NCBI GenBank assembly: GCA_016840405.1
Contig: JAEOSK010000007.1
Span: 31,256-95,255 of the forward strand
DNA from: Candidatus Hermodarchaeum yapensis
GTDB lineage: Archaea; Asgardarchaeota; Hermodarchaeia; Hermodarchaeales; Hermodarchaeaceae
Length of the DNA stretch: 64,000 nucleotides
Reading direction: 5' to 3'
In this document: positions 49,358-58,017 of the stretch, one piece after another
Numbering within the stretch: position 1 is the stretch's first letter
Layout of the letters: each line of letters opens with the position of its first letter
Notes under the pieces: generated by a model
The model's database searches: none
Told to the model about the DNA's origin: nothing
What the model saw: only the letters and a program-made list of their open reading frames with translations
Made by a program: the position numbers and the translations under genes

Positions 49358-50683
49358 CTAATCACGGAATCTGATATCTGTATGAGTAGCACAAGAAACA
49401 CATGGATCAAAACATCGGACCGCCATCTTTGCTCGTTCGAGGATTTGATCATTTGACCAACCAAGATCTAGACAGGCTGTCATGACTTTTTTGACAATTA
49501 GAGTTATTGCACTGGCATTAAGTTCTGTGGGTACTCGAATATCGATATCCTCGATTCTTCCAACGTCGTTTATGTTTATCCGATAGAGAAGAGTTCCTCG
49601 TGGTGCTTCCACAGCACTGGCTCCGATGCTGATTTGTGGTTCCAATGCGACTGAGACATCTTCACCCGTTTGCCATTCAGTTTCTAACAGTTTGATTGCG
49701 TTAGTTATAGCAAATTCGATTTCATCAATTCGGAGAAGCCCTGAATAAAAAAGGTTGGGTATATTGCGGAGGGATTCTTTACTCTTTGTGGATTTGGTTT
49801 GGAGTGCTGCTAGTCGGGCGTGAGGTCCTGCTAGTAGATTATTGAGCCTTTTGTTTGATTCTGCGTAAATGATTTTAGTCGGTGCTTCAGGCAAGTCCTG
49901 TTCAACTAGGAATTCAGAGAATTCAGCACAGGAAAATTTACTTTGGGATCCATCTTCAGAGATGAATTCGATTTGGTCAGTACCATAGAATCGGTTTTTA
50001 TGTGTGTCAAAGCAGCTAATGTAGCGGGGTTGGGGGAGAGTATATTTTTGGATTTCACCTTCGATTTCATTTAGTAACCAACCGTAGTATTCCTTGGTCC
50101 ATTTAATACCTGAGAGTGTTGCGTGGAGTTGTTGGATAAGTTCTTGCTGTTGAGTGATGGTGATGTTTTGCATGAGTCCACCAGGAATTAGGTTAAAAGC
50201 CATGTTTGTATTACCTGCGGTGGCTGTGATTAGTGTCTCCGCGCAATTGTATAATTTTATGGCGATGGGTAAGAGGCGTGGTTGTGTTCGATCTATGCCA
50301 AGAATGTCTTGGCGAGAGATTTGGTCAGTCAGATACATTATGTCGGGTAAGGTTGAGAAGAAAACACTGTAAGTATGTGATCGGATTATTTCTCCTAAAA
50401 GCGCCAGTTCGCGGAGTAATTCTGCTACTGGAGGAATCGATACTTCAGATGCGGACTCGATTGCTTTGACTGCCCCGATTCTATGGGCTACAGGGCAAAT
50501 TCCACAGATTCGAGGTACAATTTTAGGTAAGTCTTTAACTTGTTGACCAATTATGACGCCCTTGAAGTCTCGTGCAGTAGGCATGTTATAAATTACATTG
50601 GTAATGCGGTCTTTCTCTCGTGTGACAATAAGTGCGCTATCACCTTCAATACGGGTCATGGTCAAGGATATCCGAATTTTCAA
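49358..50683 (-). CDS. mvhA: Group 3 [NiFe]-hydrogenase large subunit (MvhA-like, divergent)
   Basis: TRIEG, RICGICPVAH (L1), EAPRG, RCFDPCVSCATH (L2). Confidence 0.85.
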   Translation of the reverse strand: MKIRISLTMTRIEGDSALIVTREKDRITNVIYNMPTARDFKGVIIGQQVKDLPKIVPRICGICPVAHRIGAVKAIESASEVSIPPVAELLRELALLGEIIRSHTYSVFFSTLPDIMYLTDQISRQDILGIDRTQPRLLPIAIKLYNCAETLITATAGNTNMAFNLIPGGLMQNITITQQQELIQQLHATLSGIKWTKEYYGWLLNEIEGEIQKYTLPQPRYISCFDTHKNRFYGTDQIEFISEDGSQSKFSCAEFSEFLVEQDLPEAPTKIIYAESNKRLNNLLAGPHARLAALQTKSTKSKESLRNIPNLFYSGLLRIDEIEFAITNAIKLLETEWQTGEDVSVALEPQISIGASAVEAPRGTLLYRININDVGRIEDIDIRVPTELNASAITLIVKKVMTACLDLGWSNDQILERAKMAVRCFDPCVSCATHTDIRFRD

Positions 50684-51414
50684 TGTTTTAATTTCAGCTC
50701 CGGTTTTTGGTATCTAAAGGCAAGTTCAGCGTATTCCCGAATCGTTTCGCTGACTTTTAGTACGGAGAAGAGATTGGCAATGGCTGCGGGTAAATTCCCG
50801 TTTAGTACACCCATACAGCCATCACAGGGAGTGGATCCCTTGATACAATGTGCTTCACATCCAGCACGGGTTATAGGACCCAAGCAGAGAATACCTTCGC
50901 GCAAAAAACAGCTTTTTGGAGAATGCGTGGAATGTAATGATGTAATCTCAATCTCATATGTTTGATCTTGTGCAAATGGGCATTCCCAACACACGTTTTT
51001 CTCAGGTAGTTCGAATTCAGAACCATCGATTGCACTCAATAGGAGATTTCCAAGAAGCCTTCGTGGTGGTGGGCAGCCAGGTAATGACGAATGTGGATCA
51101 ACGAATTTATTAACAGGGTCAATATGCATGTTTGGAGATTGACTCATAATTCCGCCGAGAACCGCACAACTCCCAAGCGCAATAATCTTGGTTCCTTCTG
51201 TCCATAGTCTGCGAAGAAGTTCAGCGTCTTCATTACATGTGACTCCACCTTCAACAAATACTACGTCAAGATGATCTTCACTTTGGATATCTGATATTAA
51301 TCGAAAGACTTGAATATCTGCTGATTTGAGGAGTTCTGGGAATATGGCACTACCAAGTACTGCAAACATACAGCCACTACATGAGTTTAGCTGAAGGAAA
51401 CCAATCTTGGTCAT
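50680..51414 (-). CDS. mvhG: [NiFe]-hydrogenase small subunit (MvhG-like)
   Basis: CSGC, VEGG, GSCA..GG, PGCPP, VC.EC, CLGP.TRAGC.A.C....PC.GC.G. Confidence 0.88.
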   Translation of the reverse strand: MTKIGFLQLNSCSGCMFAVLGSAIFPELLKSADIQVFRLISDIQSEDHLDVVFVEGGVTCNEDAELLRRLWTEGTKIIALGSCAVLGGIMSQSPNMHIDPVNKFVDPHSSLPGCPPPRRLLGNLLLSAIDGSEFELPEKNVCWECPFAQDQTYEIEITSLHSTHSPKSCFLREGILCLGPITRAGCEAHCIKGSTPCDGCMGVLNGNLPAAIANLFSVLKVSETIREYAELAFRYQKPELKLKH

Positions 51415-53957
51415 GAACTTAGCAGCTCCTTTAATTCAGTAGCAAATTGGTTAATCTCTGTCGCAAAAACATGACCCTCTACTGCTGACACATTGAGAAT
51501 ACGAACACGATTCTGTAATTCGTTTCCATAGAAGTTTGAGAGAACGCCAATTCGTGCCTTTGCCTTCTTGATACCATCGAAGTACCGGCATGCTGAGTCA
51601 TGACACCCAATAACCATAACTCCATCAAACCCATAATTTAGGGCGGTTATTACAATATTTGCATCAACACAACCAGTGCACGGCAGTCGAACTACCATTG
51701 CGCTAGCGTCGTATTCCAATCGGCGGATGCCAGCATTATCTGCTGCGGAGTATCCGCATGAATCACAACAAAATACTAGAATTCGCGGTGAGGTGATGCC
51801 TTTAGACAGTGCATTTACTGCCGCTAGGACCTCTTCCTGAATTGGAGGTGAAGACAGGGCTCCTGTGGGGCATATTGCGATACAGGCTCCACAACCTTCA
51901 CATTTTAGAGTATCAATACGGACGGTATCAGCTGTGATGGAGATAGCATTGAAGGGACATGACTCTAAACAAAGGTTACAAAGACCACATTTTTCCTGAA
52001 TGATTTGAATGGGTATATCTCCTGCAGGGAGACTATCCTTTCCTAATAATAGTAGCACTTCTAGAGCAGTTCTTTGGGCGTCTATTACTAGTTCGGAATA
52101 CGATTTGGGACCGGTCACAGAACCGCAGGCCCATATGCCTGAGGATAAGCTCTTCGGGTCGAGAAAGCCACGTTTATCTAGGGAAAAATTCGTCAGGGTT
52201 CGAAGGGCTAACTGCTGGTCTCCAGGAATCATACCCATATTGAGAACAATAAAATCGGCTGGAAAGCAACCCAAATCGGTTTCGATAAACCGTTTCCGAC
52301 CTCGATGGATGAGTTTTATACTTTCACAAAAGTGAATACGGGAATCTTCAGGGATGAAGGTGGTTCGATCAGGTGGAATTCGAGAATTGTCATAGACAAC
52401 ATGGATGGTGACATCCGGCGTGTTGTGTTCAACAACATCCAAGTATTTCTGAGCAACATTACAGCAGTACTCTGAACAAGAATTGATTGAATTCAGACAT
52501 TGAAGAACGACTATGGATCGAGCAGGCTTGCCAGTTTTTTGCCGAATTACTTGACCTCCTGTTGGTCCATCTGGGGCAAGCATTCGTTCAAATTCATAAG
52601 AGGTGATAATATCTTTTGATGGATTGTATTCAATTGAATCTAGGCGTGGTTTGGTTCGAGGATCACAAACTTCTGCCCCTGTTGCTAGGATTAAGGCTCC
52701 GACAGAAAACTTCTTGGTTTCAGGTTGCTGATCTAAGTTAATGGCGTGGGATGGACAAATTTTTTCACATTTTTGGCAAGTTCGACAAAAATCAATATCC
52801 GCATTGTCAATAACGGGCTTATTAGGATAGGCGGCAGGACATGGTAGATGGATAAGTTTACGTTGTGTGAGGTTAAATTCAAATTCATTTGGTCGGGACT
52901 CAGGACAGATATCTGCACACGATCCACACATAATGCACCTAGTTAACTCGACATAACGAGGGTGTTGTGTGCCGATGATTTCATAATTTCCAATTGTACC
53001 TGAGATATCTGTGGGTTCAATGTTAGTAAGTATTCGAGTTTTGCCGGAAAGGATAATCGATGATACGTCCTCAGCTATCATACATGGACCACAATCTATA
53101 GCTCCATGGATTCTTTCCCATCGGCGAGCGATGCCCCCCAGACAAGGTTGTTTTTCTAGGAGGATAACAGAATAGTCAGACTTTGCTAAAACCTTTGCAG
53201 CTTCTAATCCTGCTAGTCCACCACCTATGATAGCTACACTTTTCCGAATTGGTACGGTTCGTGTTGGAATTGGCACGCGTTGCCGGAGCATAGCCACGCT
53301 AGCTCGGATTAGGAGCAACGCCTTTTCTGTAGCTTGTTCGGGCATATTTCTATGTACCCAGGCACACTGTTCACGAATATTTGTAAATTCTACAGGTACA
53401 TCTAATTGCACTCGAATAGTAGCAAACATTTCGCTATGTAAACGAGGGGAACAGGCCGCGATGACAAGATTATTCAAAAAGTGGCGTGCACACCATTCCT
53501 TTAGTTGTTCAACATTTTCTAGTAAGCAAAGATGTTGAAAAACCCTTGTGCGTTCCACAAAAGGGAGGGCATTCACTTTCTCTACAAGTTCACCCACATT
53601 AATGGCTTGGCGGATTTCCTCTCCACAAGTACAAATGATTACCCCAATACGGAAGATTGCTCCTCGAGAATCAGCTTCGCGTAAATCGATTGACTCTCCG
53701 GCCATCAACTGTTCCTTTGCGATCATCAAGCGGATTGTATTTTTTCCCGCGGCTGTAAGCTGATATAAGCCATTCCGTTTCTCAATAAATCCTTCAAGTT
53801 TTTTCAGATGATAGTTAAATAGACCAGTTTTTTTGACCCCTACTTTTTCCATCAAATCCTTGTAGCTTAAAAGACGCTCAGTATCTAGAATTCGAAGAAT
53901 ATGTTCGCGGAGTGGATGAGCCAATGCCGCATATACGTTCATTACATGCCCCTTCAC
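51411..53957 (-). CDS. hdrA: Winged-HTH (ArsR-like) - HdrA - MvhD fusion protein
   Basis: ALAHPLRE.IL..L...L..K.G.FNYHLKKL...Y.LT..G; C.CG, AACSP, NIREQCAWVH, IIGGGLAG, four ferredoxin motifs, CCDSC...LPCTG...GCH...C.Y. Confidence 0.88.
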   Translation of the reverse strand: MKGHVMNVYAALAHPLREHILRILDTERLLSYKDLMEKVGVKKTGLFNYHLKKLEGFIEKRNGLYQLTAAGKNTIRLMIAKEQLMAGESIDLREADSRGAIFRIGVIICTCGEEIRQAINVGELVEKVNALPFVERTRVFQHLCLLENVEQLKEWCARHFLNNLVIAACSPRLHSEMFATIRVQLDVPVEFTNIREQCAWVHRNMPEQATEKALLLIRASVAMLRQRVPIPTRTVPIRKSVAIIGGGLAGLEAAKVLAKSDYSVILLEKQPCLGGIARRWERIHGAIDCGPCMIAEDVSSIILSGKTRILTNIEPTDISGTIGNYEIIGTQHPRYVELTRCIMCGSCADICPESRPNEFEFNLTQRKLIHLPCPAAYPNKPVIDNADIDFCRTCQKCEKICPSHAINLDQQPETKKFSVGALILATGAEVCDPRTKPRLDSIEYNPSKDIITSYEFERMLAPDGPTGGQVIRQKTGKPARSIVVLQCLNSINSCSEYCCNVAQKYLDVVEHNTPDVTIHVVYDNSRIPPDRTTFIPEDSRIHFCESIKLIHRGRKRFIETDLGCFPADFIVLNMGMIPGDQQLALRTLTNFSLDKRGFLDPKSLSSGIWACGSVTGPKSYSELVIDAQRTALEVLLLLGKDSLPAGDIPIQIIQEKCGLCNLCLESCPFNAISITADTVRIDTLKCEGCGACIAICPTGALSSPPIQEEVLAAVNALSKGITSPRILVFCCDSCGYSAADNAGIRRLEYDASAMVVRLPCTGCVDANIVITALNYGFDGVMVIGCHDSACRYFDGIKKAKARIGVLSNFYGNELQNRVRILNVSAVEGHVFATEINQFATELKELLSS

Positions 53958-54074
53958 ACTTTTTTTTTAAAAAAATAAAATTACTTTGATAAATTCAATT
54001 GTCATACACTAAGACAAAGACAAAAATGCTTGCCCTGTTTCAAAAGTGAAGAGCAAGTGGCTCCAACTATTTTC

Positions 54075-54323
54075 CTATACCTGATGTGGACCCATTTCTT
54101 TCTTTTCTTCTAAAGTTTGTGATTGAGCACGATAACGTGTTTGATAACAACCACGACAAACATAGCGAGTTATGACGTTAAGAACACCGCACCATTCGCA
54201 TTTCCAAAAATTTAAGGTCTTACGGGTAACATCGGTTTGCCGTCGTATGTAGCGGCAATGTTGGCATAGACGTAAATGGATAGGATTAGAAATTCCACAT
54301 TCAGGGCACGTCCAGTATTTCAA
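54075..54323 (-). CDS. Tandem RanBP2/NZF-type zinc finger protein
   Basis: Two exact W-x-C-x2-C-x3-N-x6-C-x2-C motifs. Confidence 0.75.
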   Translation of the reverse strand: MKYWTCPECGISNPIHLRLCQHCRYIRRQTDVTRKTLNFWKCEWCGVLNVITRYVCRGCYQTRYRAQSQTLEEKKEMGPHQV

Positions 54324-54549
54324 GCTATATCACCCCACATTAATGTGTTTTCGTATGTATTGAAAGTGAATTATAAAACAAAAAGACTCTGAAGAAATTA
54401 TTTCTCAATATTTGACAAACTAAGTTATCCATGAATTTGAAATACTTTTAACTAATCGCGTATGTAGCTACGTCATTTCAGGTTTTTTTATTGATGAGAT
54501 AAATTACTAATGTAGATAATTTTCTCTTCTAACTCCTTTCAAAATTTAT

Positions 54550-54762
54550 GCATCAGCCAACCCTTCTATCCCCCGTTGGACACCAGAACTTGAATATGAC
54601 AAATGGGGCGGTGTGGTGGTTGACTCTGAAAGTCTTGAAACCTCCTTCCCTCATATTTGGGCTGCTAAAGATCTCACTGGAGGCAAAGGTACATTAATTG
54701 CTGCGGCTGGCTAAGGGAAACGAGATGCCCGTAATATGCACGAATACCTTCGGACTCTTTAA
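54550..54762 (+). pseudogene. Stranded 3' end of a sudA/nfnB homolog with internal TAA
   Basis: ASANPSIPRWTPELEYDKWG...IAAAG*GKRDARNMHEYL aligns without gaps to the last 70 aa of 45944-47428. Confidence 0.88.
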
Positions 54763-54950
54763 CGGTCGTGCTAATGTTCCTTCAAGCTTCTCTCATCGTT
54801 GTTGTTTGAACCGCGGAAAACACTTATCAGGATACATTAACGACCACGTAACTCTGTCAAAAAATAGTCACAATGAGCACTTTTTTGTCACATTAAGCCT
54901 ATTCATTCCTATTGCTGGATTTTAATATCTGATGGTCTGTAAATAGAGCT

Positions 54951-55775
54951 ATGTCATTGGTAGCTGTTGTTAAGGGAGAACGTGGTATTGAACCAGTATT
55001 TAGGGCAATGGATTTAATCCCGTTTAAGGAAGCTCTTGAATCCTATGACACTGTCTTAGTGAAACCAAATCTTATCACAAGCCACAATTTCGAGACGGGA
55101 ATAACAACTGATCCCATAGTGGTGGAAGCAGTGATCATGAAGATTCAGGAGCTTGGTAAGAAAGCTATAGTGGTTGAGACAGAGGGCGGAACAACGTCAC
55201 CTGACGAAGCGATCATTGAGACAGGTATGATGACAGTAATTGAACGGTTGGGTTCTGAATACATCAACATGGGGACGCTTGACGATAAAGTAGAACTAGA
55301 GGTAGAAAACTTTCGGGGGATAAAGACGTTTAAGGTAGCTCGGATCGCCGTTGAGTCCGCGATCATCTCGGTGCCATCAATGAAGACGCTGCATCATACG
55401 ACAATCACGATGGGGTTGAAGAACATGTTCGGTATGCTCACTACCCGGAACAAATATGGTCTTCACCAACACGGTACAAATAACTTCATCTACGATATTT
55501 GCAGGACCCTACCACCCACACTCACTATTATCGATGGCTTCTACGGCAAGTCTGGTCCTGGTCCTTGGAGTGGTACACCCGTGAAGATGGACACCATCAT
55601 CGCTAGTGTTGACCCAGTCGCGGCAGACGCCACAGCCGCCAGATGTATTGGTATCGATCCTTATACTATCGATCACGTTCGATGGCTCCATGAGGTTGGT
55701 ATGGGCGAGATTTCTGACATCAAAGTCGTCGGTGATGGCATCGATGCGGTCTACCAGAAATGGGAACAAAAATAG
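54951..55775 (+). CDS. DUF362-family protein
   Basis: VLVKPNL, TTDP.VV, SVP.MKT.H.T.IT.GLKNMFG, IIDG, DPVAADA. Confidence 0.88.
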   Translation: MSLVAVVKGERGIEPVFRAMDLIPFKEALESYDTVLVKPNLITSHNFETGITTDPIVVEAVIMKIQELGKKAIVVETEGGTTSPDEAIIETGMMTVIERLGSEYINMGTLDDKVELEVENFRGIKTFKVARIAVESAIISVPSMKTLHHTTITMGLKNMFGMLTTRNKYGLHQHGTNNFIYDICRTLPPTLTIIDGFYGKSGPGPWSGTPVKMDTIIASVDPVAADATAARCIGIDPYTIDHVRWLHEVGMGEISDIKVVGDGIDAVYQKWEQK

Positions 55776-55792
55776 GAGAAAGGGTGTACGCA

Positions 55793-56410
55793 ATGGAGCC
55801 AATTATCTTACCTGAACCTGTAAGAAAAGGTGGTAAAACGGTACTAGAAGCCTTGCAACTCAGGCATACGAATCGCAATATTGGTTCAAGAGCGCTCCCA
55901 CTGCAGGTGCTCTCGAATCTCCTCTGGGCTGCTTTTGGCGTAAACCGTGAAAAGGCTGCCTTTAACAAACCAGGACGGACTGCGCCTTCGGCAAGTAATT
56001 CCCAAGAAATTGATCTTTATGTGGCATTGAAGGGGGGCCTCTATTTGTATGAAGCAATTCCTCATCAACTGACTCCTATCTCCACAGGGGACTTTCGCAT
56101 GCTCTCCTGCAGCCGTAGGGCAGCGAACCTCACGAGCAACACGCCAGTAAACATTTTCTATGTTGCAGATCTTTCGCGTTACGATCTTGGACCTAACCAA
56201 CCTGACAGAAGAATTGGAGAACCTGAAGTTCAAAAATCGTACTATTACACCGATACAGGATTCATTGCCCAAAACATCAATCTCTTTGCTGCGTCAGAGG
56301 GACTAGCCACATGGTTTCACAATTGTGACAAGGTTCGTGTCAACGCGGAATTCAATCTGCGTCCTACTCAGCGGATACTGTTCGCACAGACGGTAGGATA
56401 CCCAAAGTAA
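55793..56410 (+). CDS. Nitroreductase / SagB-type oxidoreductase family
   Basis: AL..R.T.R, LS.LLWAAFG, RTAPSA.N, DTGFIAQN..L.A.SEGL, QTVGYP; ORF open from 55760. Confidence 0.88.
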   Translation: MEPIILPEPVRKGGKTVLEALQLRHTNRNIGSRALPLQVLSNLLWAAFGVNREKAAFNKPGRTAPSASNSQEIDLYVALKGGLYLYEAIPHQLTPISTGDFRMLSCSRRAANLTSNTPVNIFYVADLSRYDLGPNQPDRRIGEPEVQKSYYYTDTGFIAQNINLFAASEGLATWFHNCDKVRVNAEFNLRPTQRILFAQTVGYPK

Positions 56411-56697
56411 AAAATATCAAGCACACTTGCAAGCTTGCCTTCAATTAAAAAGAAAATAGAGTCCCAAAATTACTGTACATATCTAAATCCTGTACAAACT
56501 CTAATTCCCACAATAGAGGTTTCGGGAATTCAGTTCGAACCAAAAGAAACATATTTATTGAGTTGTTTGGGCTAAGGCGTTAATCGCGCCTAAATTTTTA
56601 GACGCTAGTACAAAGCTCCAAAAAGGGTGACACACTATGACTACCTACAACCAATCTAGTCGACGGATAACAACTCTGACTTCCACCGAACAGCAGG

Positions 56698-57330
56698 GTG
56701 ATGACGATGGTGATGGCCAACGGCGGCTCTCGCGAACGCAGATTGATCTGGCGGGTGTACCGGGAAGCGATGCCCGTCCTTCTCTTCACCGTCTTAGCAG
56801 AGCTTTTCGCCGGAGCCATGCTACTTGCCCTTGACGTTCATTTTGCTTCTATGCTTGGTTTGTTCGTATTGATTCCTGGTCTAATGCAGTTACGTGGTAA
56901 TATTTCAACAAGTCTCGCCCAACGTCTTGGATCAGGAACCCATCTAGGAACAATTTCTTGGAAACAAGGTCTTAACGAACCTCTCCGTGCAAACATCAAA
57001 GTCGCATTCTACCTCGTCATTATCATGTCCTTCTTACTAGCAATTGGTGCTTTTGCTGTATCCATGATTACACAATCCCTAGTTCCACGAAGTGGATTGT
57101 TGTTGGATTTGCGACATTTTCTCATCATTGCCATGGGGACAGCACTGCTTGCCAGTGCCTTTCAAGTGACCATTACTGTCACAGTAGCATTACTCGCTCA
57201 TGCCCGAGGTCTCGACCCGGACAACATTACCATTCCCATCGTGGCTGCAATCGGTGACATCATCACCATCGGCTGCTTGCTGATCTCCATCACGTTTGCC
57301 GTCACCCTCCTCCATCCATACCTAGTATAG
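56698..57330 (+). CDS. mgtE: MgtE/SLC41-type divalent cation transporter membrane domain, half 1
   Basis: P-x6-GN (PGLMQLRGN) and DPD-x4-P-x6-D motifs. Confidence 0.85.
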   Translation: MMTMVMANGGSRERRLIWRVYREAMPVLLFTVLAELFAGAMLLALDVHFASMLGLFVLIPGLMQLRGNISTSLAQRLGSGTHLGTISWKQGLNEPLRANIKVAFYLVIIMSFLLAIGAFAVSMITQSLVPRSGLLLDLRHFLIIAMGTALLASAFQVTITVTVALLAHARGLDPDNITIPIVAAIGDIITIGCLLISITFAVTLLHPYLV

Positions 57331-57339
57331 TGTGAAAAG

Positions 57340-57945
57340 GTGAAACTTATGACCGTACATACAGTCCGGAAAATCCTCATCGAGAGCCTCCCCGTCCTCG
57401 GCATCGTCCTAGTCTTCGCCCTAATTGCTGGACAATTTCTCGATTACACCCTTGAGGGTCTCAGAATTATTTTCCCCTTAATTCTACTCATGGTCCCTGC
57501 ATTCATCGATATCACCGGTGACCTTGCTGGTGTAGTCGGTGCCCGAGTAACGAGTCACTTGTATACTGGTGAACTTGACGCAAGTTTTCGACCCTATCGC
57601 TTACTCTTTGCTAATCTTTTCGCAATCATCTTGGTTTCTGCCACAGCCTATGCTTTCTTGGGTATCTGTGTCATCGGCATCACTCTGTGGCTTTCACCCA
57701 TAATAGGACCAATATTTCCTGCGTGGGGTTTTCTTTGGTTATTTCTTGCCATCATTGGAGCTGGAGTGCTTGCTACAGCCTGTACCAGTATGATTGGACT
57801 CTTCTCAGCTCGACTTGTCTACCGGTTTGGTCGAGATCCAGATAGTGTTATTCCTCCGTTGACAACAACCGTTGGCGATCTCCTGGGAATCGTATTCATT
57901 GCTTTAGCTATCATCAGTATTGGAAATATTCTAGGTCTCATTTAG
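57340..57945 (+). CDS. mgtE: MgtE/SLC41-type divalent cation transporter membrane domain, half 2
   Basis: PAFIDITGD, GRDPDSVIPPLTTTVGD. Confidence 0.85.
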   Translation: MKLMTVHTVRKILIESLPVLGIVLVFALIAGQFLDYTLEGLRIIFPLILLMVPAFIDITGDLAGVVGARVTSHLYTGELDASFRPYRLLFANLFAIILVSATAYAFLGICVIGITLWLSPIIGPIFPAWGFLWLFLAIIGAGVLATACTSMIGLFSARLVYRFGRDPDSVIPPLTTTVGDLLGIVFIALAIISIGNILGLI

Positions 57946-58017
57946 ACTCATGTTCTGAAAAAAAGGAGAAGAGGAAGAACGTTTGACAGTTCTTTGTAGT
58001 TCTATCTATTTGGTTTG

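Noticed and set aside
47472-53957. Evidence for methanogenesis
   Set aside because: No mcr, mtr or hdrBC here; Hdr/Mvh/Mtd modules are common in non-methanogens
54698-54925. 75-aa ORF as a real gene
   Set aside because: It starts out of frame inside the sudA remnant, has a TTG start and no recognisable motifs
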